Source of the DNA: Acutalibacteraceae bacterium | GTDB lineage: Bacteria > Bacillota > Clostridia > Oscillospirales > Acutalibacteraceae | Direction: 5' to 3' | DNA: 64,000 nt | Assembly: GCA_045627825.1 (NCBI GenBank) | Contig: JAZQON010000052.1 | Location: forward strand, 57,380-121,379 | Shown here: in pieces, positions 16,265 to 26,304 of the stretch | Position numbering within the stretch: the stretch's first letter is position 1 | Layout of the letters: each line of letters begins with the position of its first letter | The notes under the pieces: generated by a model | Told to the model about the DNA's origin: nothing | Database searches by the model: none | The model's input: the letters and a program-made list of their open reading frames with translations, nothing else | Made by a program: the position numbers and the translations under genes

Positions 16265-18199
16265 TCACACCTTACTAAACAAATAAATGTTTTTATTATT
16301 TAAAGACAAAACTTCTTTTTCTGAATAGTCCAATTTATATTTTTTATTATTATATTTGATTATATTACTGTCTATGGATTCTGAAATCCAAACAATACAG
16401 TCGGGTGTGTATGTTGAGCTTTCATACTTATCGGATGAATTTGTTATATTTATGTACCTTATTTCATCCAAAGACGAATCAATTGCCCAAAAAGCGTATG
16501 TACATTCGAATATATTTGAATACAGACCCATTGTTTTGTATTCATTTTGGTTGATAATATCAATTACATTTTGGTGCTGTTCAAGGCAATCGGTTTGACC
16601 TCCGAAATATCCGACTGGCCTTTTTGATACATCGAAAAGGCATTTTATTGAATTATGACTTAAACCGTTTGCAAATGAAAGAATGCACAGAAATGAAATA
16701 ATTATATTAAACGCAGTTTTCTTTTTATCTTTGATACCTTTGTTTATTATATAGACTATACTCGGGCAAAGAATTGCTATAAACGGAATTTGATATCTTG
16801 AAATATATGGTTCCCATCTCAGAACAAGCATAAAGATAAAGAATGACAAAAATGAACACCAAATATAAGCGTTGGCGACTTTTTTTCGTTTTACAATACA
16901 ATATATCAAAATAAAAAATGTGATGATAATAAGCCATGTGTGCAGTGGATTTGAGGTGGTGTCATGTCCTAAATCTACTGTTCCGACATGATATGCACGC
17001 CCGAGCTCCGATATGGCAACATTATCAATATCCACATTTAAAATATCTGCCAAAATCATTACGGCTTTGTATATACAGTAATTGCTTTTGGTTATAAGTG
17101 CGGTAGGCAGACTGAAAGCGATGTTTTTAACGAAATTTACAATCAGGTACAATGGATTTATCGTGGCTACCAATTGGTTGGAGCCAACATTAGCATCGGA
17201 GATTGCGTTAAATGTGAATATGTTTCGTACTATTTCGGGAGCAACAACAGTGAGTGCTGTAAAACCGGCTATCAGAGGAGAAGCAATAACGGTTTTTGCG
17301 GCATCTTTTTTGGTGATACGAACAATAATCAAAGCTATTGCAAATATAAACATAGGTATGCATACGGACGGCTTTGATAAATAACCGAGTCCAAGTGCAA
17401 ATCCGGCAAAAACGAGTTCAAAAACAAGAGACCTATTCAGTTCAAGCTTATTCTTATTGAACAGTGTTAGGCATTCATATGCAAAAATCAATGTCCATAC
17501 TGCTGAAAAATTATCAACCTGTGTTGTAAACGCTTCAGCAAGCGCAATAGGCATAGCCATAAACAGCAGAACAGCCGTTTTGCTTTCTTTTTTACTAAGT
17601 TTTAATTCTCTTGAAATTGCATAAACACCGAATATATTAAAAATATATGATGCAGATTGGACAACGTTAAAAAATTTATCGGTTTTAAAAAAGACATATG
17701 AATTTAAGTTAATAAATTCGGCTATCATGGGACTGCTTAGTTGGCGAGCATCATTTGTTGCGTAGTGAGCAACGCTGTTGTTTTGTGCCCAGCATACTAT
17801 TCTCGGTAAATGATATGACATTGAATCCGGATTATACGGAACAGTTAGAATGCTTAACACAAATACCGAAACCGAAGCAGCTATAATAAATATTGAAAAA
17901 GCAGTAAAATTTTCTTTTCTGAGAAACGGAAATCCGACTTTAACAATATTTATTTTTTTATATTTCAATATCACAAAAATTAAAAGGATAATATTAATGA
18001 TAATCCAGCTGATTGCAAGGGGATAAAATGTCATTGCAGAAAAAAGAGAAAGAAATTCTGTTATGACATATAAAATAATTGCCCAAGAAGTTACCGCCCA
18101 GAAAATGGAGAAAACATAACTCCTTTTTTCAAATGTTATGCTTCTGATAGTTAAATATAAAAGTAACATAGGAAGAAAAGCATAAGTCAACATTATCAC
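16265..18199 (-). CDS. Large polytopic membrane protein, putative GT-C-type glycosyltransferase partner of the GT2
   Basis: More than 12 predicted TMs. Early loop PYNPDSMSYHLPR resembles the acidic-loop motif of GT-C enzymes, but this is a weak match. Very AT-rich. Start is GTG 18199 or ATG 18193. Confidence 0.5.
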   Translation of the reverse strand: MIMLTYAFLPMLLLYLTIRSITFEKRSYVFSIFWAVTSWAIILYVITEFLSLFSAMTFYPLAISWIIINIILLIFVILKYKKINIVKVGFPFLRKENFTAFSIFIIAASVSVFVLSILTVPYNPDSMSYHLPRIVCWAQNNSVAHYATNDARQLSSPMIAEFINLNSYVFFKTDKFFNVVQSASYIFNIFGVYAISRELKLSKKESKTAVLLFMAMPIALAEAFTTQVDNFSAVWTLIFAYECLTLFNKNKLELNRSLVFELVFAGFALGLGYLSKPSVCIPMFIFAIALIIVRITKKDAAKTVIASPLIAGFTALTVVAPEIVRNIFTFNAISDANVGSNQLVATINPLYLIVNFVKNIAFSLPTALITKSNYCIYKAVMILADILNVDIDNVAISELGRAYHVGTVDLGHDTTSNPLHTWLIIITFFILIYCIVKRKKVANAYIWCSFLSFFIFMLVLRWEPYISRYQIPFIAILCPSIVYIINKGIKDKKKTAFNIIISFLCILSFANGLSHNSIKCLFDVSKRPVGYFGGQTDCLEQHQNVIDIINQNEYKTMGLYSNIFECTYAFWAIDSSLDEIRYINITNSSDKYESSTYTPDCIVWISESIDSNIIKYNNKKYKLDYSEKEVLSLNNKNIYLFSKV

Positions 18200-18214
18200 C
18201 TCTGTTATATTTAC

Positions 18215-20494
18215 TTAATTGAAGTTGCAGATTATTTCGGTTTCTTCTGCCGTGACGGATGCGGAGGTTATCTTTTCTCCGTCTGCGCCGTTGATTATTT
18301 TTGAGGTTATAACATCCTCAATATTGCGGCGGATAACATTTCTCAGGTCACGGGCGCCCCTTGTGCCGTCAACGGAAAGCTCTGCGATTGCGGCAGTTGC
18401 TTTATCGTCCCATGTAAAGGTGATTCCCTTGTCGGCAAGAGGGTCAACAAGCTCTCCGAGAAGCAGAGCGGCTATCTTTTCATAATCCTCACGGCTAAGG
18501 TCATTGAATACAACAACCTCGTCAACCCTGCCGATAAATTCGGGTCTGAGGAACTCGGAAAGAGCCTTAAGAGCGTTATCCTTTGACGCTTCATTCTTTG
18601 TTTTTGCAAAGCCGAGGGCGCCTGAACCTCTGTTGCTTCCTGCGTTTGAGGTCATAATTATAACCGTATTTTCAAAGCTTACAGTTCTGCCCTGAGCATC
18701 GTTTATTTTGCCTTCGTCAAGTATCTGAAGCAGAATATTCATAACATCGGGATGTGCTTTTTCAATTTCATCAAAGAGCACAACCGAATATGGCTTACGG
18801 CGTACCTTTTCGGTAAGCTGACCTGCTTCGTCATAGCCCACATATCCCGGGGGAGAACCGATAATTCTCGAAACGGAATGCTTCTCCATAAATTCGCTCA
18901 TATCAAGCCTTATGAGCGTTTCGGGAGTATCGAAAAGCTCTTTTGCAAGCAATTTAACAAGCTCCGTTTTGCCCACGCCCGTGGGTCCGACAAAAATGAA
19001 CGATGCCGGACGGCGGCGTGGATTAATTCTCACTCTGCCACGGCGGATTGCGGCGCTGACAAGCGATACCGCTTCATCCTGACCGATTAGCTTTGCTTTC
19101 AGATTATCTTCAAGTCCTGCAAGGCGGCGCAGGTCGCTTTCAATAACCTTGCTTGCCGGAATGCCTGTCCAAAGCTGAATTACCTTGGCAAGGTCATCCT
19201 CTGTAACTCTGTTATCGGCGGCAAGCTTTTCAAGCTCGGCGGTTTCCTCACGCTTTTTGATAAGCTCACCCTTGACCCTTGCAATCTCCGCATAGTCGGC
19301 TTCGCCCGTGGTTTCGGTGAGTGCCGCTTCTTCCTCTTCAAGCTCGGAAAGAGCCGTGAGCGCTTCCTCATAATCGCTGATATGCTTATTTCTGAGGTTT
19401 GCGCAGGTGCAGGCTTCATCAAGCAGGTCAATTGCTTTATCGGGCAGGAAGCGGTCATTAATATATCTTTCAGAGAGCGAAACCGCCTTTTCAATCAGGC
19501 TGTCACTGACCGTTACCTTATGGTAAAGCTCATAATAATCCTTAACGCCTTTGAGCATTTCAACCGTTTGAGCGATTGACGGCTCTTCAACCTTAACGGG
19601 CTGAAGTCTGCGTTCAAGTGCGGCATCCTTTTCGATATATTTTCTGTATTCGGTAAAGGTTGTGGCGCCGATTATCTGAATTTCACCTCTTGAAAGAGAG
19701 GGCTTAAGGATGTTTGCGGCGTTCATGGAGCCCTCGGCATCGCCCGTGCCGACAAGAGAATGAACCTCATCAATGAACAGAATGATGTTTCCCTCTTGCT
19801 TTACTTCTTCGATGAGACCCTTTATTCTGCTTTCAAACTGACCTCTGTACTGAGTTCCGGCAACAAGTGCAGTGAGGTCAAGAAGATGAATTTCCTTTGT
19901 GCGGAGCTTCGCAGGCACATCGCCCGAAGCGATTTTCAGAGCAAGCCCCTCTGCTATTGCGGTTTTGCCGACACCCGGCTCACCGATAAGGCAGGGGTTA
20001 TTTTTTGTTCTTCTGCAAAGAATCTGAACCGTGCGGTAAATCTCATTTTCTCTGCCGATTATGCGGTCAATTTTGCCGTCTCTTGCCTTTGCGGTAAGGT
20101 CGGTGCAATACTGAGCAAGGAATTTACGCTTTTTAGGCTCTTTTTTCGATTTTTTTGAATCGGATTTTTTATCAGAATCCTTGGCATCGGCTTGCGGTTG
20201 TTCACGGCTGCTTTCATTCATCTGAGCGAAATTCTGAAAGAACGGCATCGTTCCGGCTCCGCCCGGCTCAAAGCTTCCGTCCTCGCCGAACATTTCCTCA
20301 AACTGCTCGCTCATATCGTCAAGCTCATCCTCGGAAATTCCCATGCTCTGCATAATCTGCTTCACGGGACCTATATTCATTTCCATTGCGCACTTAATGC
20401 AAAGTCCGTCCTGCGTGGTTTTGTCTCCCTCAACCTTTGAGATGAAGAACATGGCAGGGCGTTTATGACATTTTGAACATAAAACCTGTTTCAT
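18215..20494 (-). CDS. ClpC/ClpA-class double-AAA+ chaperone with an N-terminal CxxC...CxxC zinc-ribbon in place of the Clp_N domain
   Basis: Walker A motifs [13 protein letters not shown] and [16 protein letters not shown] tripeptide (candidate ClpP-docking loop). N-terminus CSKCHKRPA...CIKCA followed by a K/S/D-rich linker. Confidence 0.88.
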   Translation of the reverse strand: MKQVLCSKCHKRPAMFFISKVEGDKTTQDGLCIKCAMEMNIGPVKQIMQSMGISEDELDDMSEQFEEMFGEDGSFEPGGAGTMPFFQNFAQMNESSREQPQADAKDSDKKSDSKKSKKEPKKRKFLAQYCTDLTAKARDGKIDRIIGRENEIYRTVQILCRRTKNNPCLIGEPGVGKTAIAEGLALKIASGDVPAKLRTKEIHLLDLTALVAGTQYRGQFESRIKGLIEEVKQEGNIILFIDEVHSLVGTGDAEGSMNAANILKPSLSRGEIQIIGATTFTEYRKYIEKDAALERRLQPVKVEEPSIAQTVEMLKGVKDYYELYHKVTVSDSLIEKAVSLSERYINDRFLPDKAIDLLDEACTCANLRNKHISDYEEALTALSELEEEEAALTETTGEADYAEIARVKGELIKKREETAELEKLAADNRVTEDDLAKVIQLWTGIPASKVIESDLRRLAGLEDNLKAKLIGQDEAVSLVSAAIRRGRVRINPRRRPASFIFVGPTGVGKTELVKLLAKELFDTPETLIRLDMSEFMEKHSVSRIIGSPPGYVGYDEAGQLTEKVRRKPYSVVLFDEIEKAHPDVMNILLQILDEGKINDAQGRTVSFENTVIIMTSNAGSNRGSGALGFAKTKNEASKDNALKALSEFLRPEFIGRVDEVVVFNDLSREDYEKIAALLLGELVDPLADKGITFTWDDKATAAIAELSVDGTRGARDLRNVIRRNIEDVITSKIINGADGEKITSASVTAEETEIICNFN

Positions 20495-20515
20495 TTTAAG
20501 AGTTCCTTTTTCAGT

Positions 20516-21139
20516 TTATTTTTTTGCCTTATTTTTCTCTTTAACCTGACGGAATACATCGGGAAGATAACTGCAAAAAGCGATTATTGTAAGTACGGCA
20601 CTTACGCAAATAAGTGCTATCATGAGCCAATCGGGAATAAGACCGTTCACAACTATACCGATGTCGGGTCCGAAAGCGATTATGGCTATCATAATCAGAT
20701 AGAAAGCAAATGTGGCAACCTTGCCGGGCATTTCGGCGGCACCGGGGCGAAGTCCCATTGAAAGCATTATCGTTGCACCTACCACCATTACGGCTTCTTT
20801 GATAAGGAAAACGAGGAAAACCCAGCTGAATTTTTTAACAAGGTCATTTGAACTGCCTGCGAAGGTTATATAAAGCACAATGGCTATTGTTATCTGCGTT
20901 GCTTTATCGGCAAGGGGGTCAAGTATTTTGCCGAGAGCGCTTATCTGATTGAAGCGGCGTGCGATTTTGCCGTCAAAGAAATCACTTAAGCCCGAGAGAG
21001 CAAGAACGAATACCGACCAACCGTAAAAGCCTTTGCAGAAGAGTACGGCAAAAATCGGAACCATGATTATTCTCAGAAATGAGAGCAGATTGGGAACGGT
21101 TTTCCAGTTGGAAAACAAATCTTTGAGAGTGTCTTTCAT
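20516..21139 (-). CDS. pgsA: CDP-alcohol phosphatidyltransferase (PgsA-like)
   Basis: DFFDGKIARRFNQISALGKILDPLADK matches the signature D-x2-DG-x2-AR-x8-G-x3-D-x3-D. Confidence 0.85.
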   Translation of the reverse strand: MKDTLKDLFSNWKTVPNLLSFLRIIMVPIFAVLFCKGFYGWSVFVLALSGLSDFFDGKIARRFNQISALGKILDPLADKATQITIAIVLYITFAGSSNDLVKKFSWVFLVFLIKEAVMVVGATIMLSMGLRPGAAEMPGKVATFAFYLIMIAIIAFGPDIGIVVNGLIPDWLMIALICVSAVLTIIAFCSYLPDVFRQVKEKNKAKK

Positions 21140-21157
21140 AATATGAACCTCCGAAAA

Positions 21158-21835
21158 TTATTTTATAAATGTCAGATGAACCGTTTTTTCAAACAGGTAC
21201 ACCAGAGTTGACGAATTGAGCGCCGCTCCGAGAGGAGTTCCGGCAAAAAATTCTTTGCAAAGCACTGCGGCGGCGCAAAGAAGCAGAAAAAAGATTAACC
21301 CTTTTGCCGCTCCGACTATTCCGCCGAAGGTTTTGTCTATTGTTTTGATAACGGGGAGCTTGCGGAAAACCGAAACAAAGGTGAGCAGAATTCCGGAAAC
21401 GAGCCTGCATACGGCAAAAACCGTTATAAATCCGATTGATGAAAGAAGCGGAGAGAATGCGGCTTCAACCGCTGAGGCAAGCTTTAACGAGACCTGCTGA
21501 ATATCCTGAGTTTCGATAAGATTATTAATTGATATTCCCATATTTTCGGCCGCAGAAACGATATATGCCGGCAGAGCCGATGTTACCGCCTGAGCGCCCG
21601 AGGAGAGATTATCGCTGATTATTTTTGAAATAAGCCGGGTAAGGCTTTCGTGAATCAGATAATCATTAAGCCATTGACCGACGGGAGCGGCAAATTCTCT
21701 TGCAAGAATTATACAGCCTATTGAAGCGGCAAAGCCGAGAATAACACGGGAGAAACCTCTTATTCTGCCGATTATTATGCTGATGATAATTACGGCAACA
21801 AGAATAATATCAATTGTATATCCGTTAAGATACAT
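21158..21835 (-). CDS. cvpA: CvpA-family membrane protein
   Basis: MYLNGYTIDIILVAVIIISIIIGRIRGF is a CvpA-like N-terminus, with four TMs. The ATG at 21835 avoids overlap with the upstream gene. Confidence 0.75.
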   Translation of the reverse strand: MYLNGYTIDIILVAVIIISIIIGRIRGFSRVILGFAASIGCIILAREFAAPVGQWLNDYLIHESLTRLISKIISDNLSSGAQAVTSALPAYIVSAAENMGISINNLIETQDIQQVSLKLASAVEAAFSPLLSSIGFITVFAVCRLVSGILLTFVSVFRKLPVIKTIDKTFGGIVGAAKGLIFFLLLCAAAVLCKEFFAGTPLGAALNSSTLVYLFEKTVHLTFIK

Positions 21836-21848
21836 CGCATTCCTCCCG

Positions 21849-23021
21849 TCAGTATTTGCAAATTGAGCTTCCCTCAACGGTGTAAATATTGTTTGAGGAA
21901 AACAAAAGCTGTTTGATTTTTCCGTTTGCTTCAACGGTTTTTACTTCTTCACCCTTTACGGAATATACTGTAATTTTATTTCCGGAGGAAACCGCAAAGC
22001 GACCCTCTCTGACACTGAGTGCTTCGGGCTCAAAGTCAACCGTAAAATCGCACATTGTTTTTCCGCTTGACGAAAAACGAACCGTTTCGTATTTTGTTCC
22101 GCCGAATTCACGGCAGCATAAAACGGTGTTTCCCCTGTCATCGGAGTCAACGGCGGCAAGGCTTGCTTCGGGATATGTTTTCTCTGAAATCAGGCTTCCT
22201 TTTTTATCGTATATAACAGTTTTATTGTCTCCGATTGCGATGATTTTTCCGCCTGATGTGTATATTACTTTAAGAATGAGTGTTCCGTCAAGCTTCAAAT
22301 CGGCAGTCGGTTCGGTATTCTTAACCCCGAAAACCACAATTCTCGAATATATTTCGGCGTTTTTGCTTCCGATTGCGGCGATTGCCGCAGTTTTGCCGTT
22401 TGAGGAAAGACCGATTGAGGAAACGAATTCATTTGAACAGTTCCACTGAAAAATTTTTTTAAATCTGTTGTTATATACCTCAACAACACTCTGCGCCTGA
22501 CCGTGTGAATATGTTACGGCAAATGCACCGTTTCGGGCGAGACTTGCGGTGTTGACGGTTGACGGAACGGTTATTCCGCCGAGCTTTTCGGTTTTGCTCA
22601 GAAGCGTTACTGAATTTGAAGTGTTGCTGAAAAGCAAGGCTCTGCCGTTTGAGGTGTCAGCCTTTATATCGGCTGATTCAAGCTGATAACTGAGACGAAC
22701 CTTCGGAGCCGATGAAATTACTTCAGCATTATCGGAGTTTAAAATCAGAACATCGTTTCCGATAAGCTCAGCCTTGTTTATATTAAGAGAATCGGATATA
22801 TAGGGATAACTGCCGTTTGATGAAAACATTGACGGTATTGCCCTGAGAGCATCGGTTGAATTCGAAACGGCAACATTACCGAGCAGTCTTACACTCAGGA
22901 AAAGCGCCGCAGCGGCAATGATTACGGCAAGTGGAATTCTGAGCGTTTTCAACAGTTTTTTTGCGGTAAGCTTTGAGCGCTTTTTATTGAAATTTATTAT
23001 CTTTTTATTTTCCTTCTTCAT
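21849..23021 (-). CDS. Membrane-anchored hypothetical protein with a repeat-rich, beta-propeller-like ectodomain
   Basis: Basic N-terminus plus one TM, then about 340 aa that look beta-rich. It resembles Clostridial DUF5711-type proteins from memory only, which is unverified. GAGGTG RBS. Confidence 0.55.
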   Translation of the reverse strand: MKKENKKIINFNKKRSKLTAKKLLKTLRIPLAVIIAAAALFLSVRLLGNVAVSNSTDALRAIPSMFSSNGSYPYISDSLNINKAELIGNDVLILNSDNAEVISSAPKVRLSYQLESADIKADTSNGRALLFSNTSNSVTLLSKTEKLGGITVPSTVNTASLARNGAFAVTYSHGQAQSVVEVYNNRFKKIFQWNCSNEFVSSIGLSSNGKTAAIAAIGSKNAEIYSRIVVFGVKNTEPTADLKLDGTLILKVIYTSGGKIIAIGDNKTVIYDKKGSLISEKTYPEASLAAVDSDDRGNTVLCCREFGGTKYETVRFSSSGKTMCDFTVDFEPEALSVREGRFAVSSGNKITVYSVKGEEVKTVEANGKIKQLLFSSNNIYTVEGSSICKY

Positions 23022-23769
23022 CGCACACCTCACCGTAATTTATTTTATTCAGGTAAAGTCCGTGAGCAGGAGCGGTATGCCCTGCCGCAAAACGGTTTTC
23101 GGAGCTGATTATTTCTTTTATCGAATTTTTCCGTATTTTTCCTCTTGAAATATCAATCAGAGTTCCTACCATTATTCTGACCATATTATAAAGAAAACCG
23201 TCAGCCTCAACACGGAATATTATCATATCGCCGTCACGCTCAACGCAGGCATTTTTAACTGTTCTCACAGTGCTTTCAACACTGCTTCCCGATGCACAGA
23301 ACGAAGCAAAATCATGCGTCCCGATAAAGTCCTTTGCCTGTACGGACAGCATTTTTTCATCAAGAGGATATTTATAATGTAATGTATAATTATAAAGGAA
23401 CGGATTTTTTTCTGGTGCATTCCAGATTTTATAAATATATTCCTTGGATTTGCAGTCATATCTTGCGTGAAAACCGTAACCGACCTCACAACAGCTTTTA
23501 ACCGCAATATCTTTCGGCAGAACCGCATTGAGCGCTTCGGTGAATTTTGAACATTCAATTGTACTTTCGGTTCTCAGGTTACAGCAATACATATTTGCGT
23601 GAACGCCCGCATCGGTGCGTGAACAGCCGACAATATTTTCACGCTTCTGAAGAATATGCTCGATTGCATCCTGCAGGGTCTGCTGAACGGTAACGGCGTT
23701 TTCCTGAACCTGCCAGCCGTGATATGCCGTGCCGTCAAAGGAAATTGTCAAAAGCAGATTTCTCATCAT
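23005..23769 (-). CDS. truA: tRNA pseudouridine(38-40) synthase
   Basis: LLLTISFDGTAYHGWQVQ and catalytic CSRTDAGVHA motifs. Confidence 0.95.
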   Translation of the reverse strand: MMRNLLLTISFDGTAYHGWQVQENAVTVQQTLQDAIEHILQKRENIVGCSRTDAGVHANMYCCNLRTESTIECSKFTEALNAVLPKDIAVKSCCEVGYGFHARYDCKSKEYIYKIWNAPEKNPFLYNYTLHYKYPLDEKMLSVQAKDFIGTHDFASFCASGSSVESTVRTVKNACVERDGDMIIFRVEADGFLYNMVRIMVGTLIDISRGKIRKNSIKEIISSENRFAAGHTAPAHGLYLNKINYGEVCDEEGK

Positions 23770-24581
23770 ATTACCGCCTTGAAGTAAATATTCAGTATAA
23801 TTATTCCGGCTGTTACGGCGACACAGTAAAATATAATAAGAATATCACGCAGAGAAATTTTCATCTGCTTCATTCTTGTTCTGCCCTCCCCGCCCCTATA
23901 ACAACGGCAGGTCATCGCAAACGCAAGCTCATAAGCTCTTCTGAACGATGATACCATAAGCGGAATGAAAATCGGCACAAGTGCTTTGGCACGCTGAACT
24001 ATTCCGCCTGTTTCAAGGTCGGCACCTCTTGCTTTCTGGGCGTTCATTATGCGGTCAATCTCCTCAATAAGAGTGGGGATAAAGCGCAGAGCAAGTGTCA
24101 TCATCATTGCAAGGGTATGCACCTTGATTTTGAATACCTTAAGAGGGGAGAGCACCCGTTCAAGGCCGTCGGTCAGAGCGGTGGGAGTTGTGGTATAGGT
24201 GAGAATGGAGCTTATCACAACCAGAGCGATTATTCTTATCATTGTGAAAATTGCGGTGTTAACGCCCTTTTCGGTAACGCTCAGCTTCCACCATTCAAAA
24301 TAGGTTTCTCCACCCTGAGTGTAAAAAATATTGAGTATGGCGGTGAAAATCAGGATTATAACTATCGGCTTAAGGCTTTTTAAAATCATCTTTGCCGGAA
24401 CTCTTGAAATGAGCGCCGAAAGCACGGCGGTGAGAGCGATTACGCCAAGTGAAAAGAAATTTTTGCATATGAAAATAATAACGATAAGCCAGAATGAGGT
24501 TATCAGCTTAACACGGGGGTCGGCTTTATGAAAAAGCGAATTCCCGGGATAATACTGACCGATTGTTATATCTCTTATCAT
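23766..24581 (-). CDS. ecfT: ECF transporter transmembrane component
   Basis: MIRDITIGQYYPGNSLFHKADPRVKL is the EcfT N-terminus. ARG...E coupling motif (QKARGADLETG). ATGA overlap with ecfA. Confidence 0.92.
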   Translation of the reverse strand: MIRDITIGQYYPGNSLFHKADPRVKLITSFWLIVIIFICKNFFSLGVIALTAVLSALISRVPAKMILKSLKPIVIILIFTAILNIFYTQGGETYFEWWKLSVTEKGVNTAIFTMIRIIALVVISSILTYTTTPTALTDGLERVLSPLKVFKIKVHTLAMMMTLALRFIPTLIEEIDRIMNAQKARGADLETGGIVQRAKALVPIFIPLMVSSFRRAYELAFAMTCRCYRGGEGRTRMKQMKISLRDILIIFYCVAVTAGIIILNIYFKAVI

Positions 24582-25441
24582 GAGGAACACCTCCCCATGA
24601 GCTTTTTCAGTATTTCGGCACCCTGCTCAACGGTATAAACATTCGCAGGAACATCAATACCGTTTGCACGCAGACGGGTGAAAATATCGGTTATTTCGGG
24701 CACATTCAGACCGATTGAACGGAGCTCGTTGCCACAGGAATACACCTCGTCAACCGTGCCCTGCATATATATCTCGCCGCCGTTCATAACGATGATTCTG
24801 TCGGCAAGGGATGCAATATCCTCCATGCTGTGCGAAACTATGATAACTGCAGAACCTGTTCTTTCACGGTAATCCTTAATGAGCTGTATAAGCTCTTTTC
24901 TGCCCCTCGGGTCAAGGCCCGCCGCCGGCTCATCAAAAATCAGAACCTCGGGCTCCATTGCCATAACTCCTGCAATTGCGGCTCTTCTTTTTTCGCCGCC
25001 GGATAAGTCAAACGGTGATTTTTCAAGCAGCTCGGATTTTACTCCGGCATATGCCGCCGCTTTGAGAACCCTGTTTGTTACCTCGGTATCGGAGAGCTTC
25101 ATATTTTTCGGGCCGAATGCGATATCCTTGAATACCGTTTCTTCAAACAGCTGATATTCGGGATACTGGAAGCAAAGTCCGACCTTAAAGCGTGATTCAC
25201 GCAGAGTGTTTTTATCTTTCCATATATCAACTCCGTCAACGAGAATTTCCCCGTCGGTGGGCTTTAAAAGTCCGTTGAAATGCGAAATCAGAGTGCTTTT
25301 GCCCGAGCCGGTATGCCCGATTATTCCGATAAGCTCTCCCTTTTCAACGGAGATATTTATATTCTTTATTGCGAACACCTGCTGTGAAGTGCCTTTTGAA
25401 TAACAGTGCGTAAGCCCACGGGCTTCAATGGCGTAACTCAT
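24578..25441 (-). CDS. ecfA: ECF transporter ATPase (EcfA2)
   Basis: Walker A GHTGSGKST, signature LSGGEKRR, Walker B LIFDEP. Confidence 0.93.
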   Translation of the reverse strand: MSYAIEARGLTHCYSKGTSQQVFAIKNINISVEKGELIGIIGHTGSGKSTLISHFNGLLKPTDGEILVDGVDIWKDKNTLRESRFKVGLCFQYPEYQLFEETVFKDIAFGPKNMKLSDTEVTNRVLKAAAYAGVKSELLEKSPFDLSGGEKRRAAIAGVMAMEPEVLIFDEPAAGLDPRGRKELIQLIKDYRERTGSAVIIVSHSMEDIASLADRIIVMNGGEIYMQGTVDEVYSCGNELRSIGLNVPEITDIFTRLRANGIDVPANVYTVEQGAEILKKLMGRCSS

Positions 25442-26286
25442 AAAGCACCTCCGAGCAATTTTGTTATTTTTTCAACACATTCATCAGCATCGAGAACGGT
25501 ATCCTTTATGCCGAGCTCGGTGCAGAGCTTTGTTGACTGCGGCACATCAAGGCCGCATTTTTCAAGCGCTTCGGTCTGAGCAAACACCTCACGGGGCTTG
25601 CCCGTCATAACAACCGTGCCTTTATTCATAACCGCAACTCTGTCCGCTTTTGCGGCTTCATCCATAAAATGAGTTATCAGCACAACGGTTATTCCGAGCT
25701 CTTTATTGAGACGGTGAACTGTTTTAATGACTTCTTCTCTGCCCTTGGGGTCAAGCATTGCGGTGGGCTCATCGAGAATTATACATTCGGTCTGCATTGC
25801 GATAACTCCGGCAATTGCAACACGCTGTTTCTGACCGCCCGAGAGCTTATGCGGCTCACGGTGGCGCAGGTCATACATATTGACCGCTTTTAAAGCATCG
25901 TCAACCCTGCGGCGGATTTCCTTTGGCTCAATTCCGAGATTTTCGGGGCCGAATGCAACATCATCCTCAACTATCGTTGCAACAATCTGATTATCGGGAT
26001 TCTGAAACACCATACCGACTATGCGGCGGATTTCGTCCGCTTTTTCCTCGGTATCGGCAACTGTTCCTTTGACTGTTACTTTTCCCGAGGTTGGTTCATA
26101 TATGGCATTGCACAGCTTCGCAAGGGTGCTTTTGCCCGAGCCGTTATGGCCGAGAACGGCAAGAAATTCACCCTTATAAATATCAAGATTTACGCCGCTG
26201 AGGGCGGATTTTGCATCTCTTCCGCTTTCCTCATCAGCATCATAAACAAAACTGACATTATCAAATTCGATTATTTTTTCATTCAT
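25438..26286 (-). CDS. ecfA: ECF transporter ATPase (EcfA1)
   Basis: Walker A GHNGSGKST, signature LSGGQKQR, Walker B IILDEP. Confidence 0.93.
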   Translation of the reverse strand: MNEKIIEFDNVSFVYDADEESGRDAKSALSGVNLDIYKGEFLAVLGHNGSGKSTLAKLCNAIYEPTSGKVTVKGTVADTEEKADEIRRIVGMVFQNPDNQIVATIVEDDVAFGPENLGIEPKEIRRRVDDALKAVNMYDLRHREPHKLSGGQKQRVAIAGVIAMQTECIILDEPTAMLDPKGREEVIKTVHRLNKELGITVVLITHFMDEAAKADRVAVMNKGTVVMTGKPREVFAQTEALEKCGLDVPQSTKLCTELGIKDTVLDADECVEKITKLLGGAL

Positions 26287-26304
26287 AAGCTTGCCTTAAA
26301 TAAA

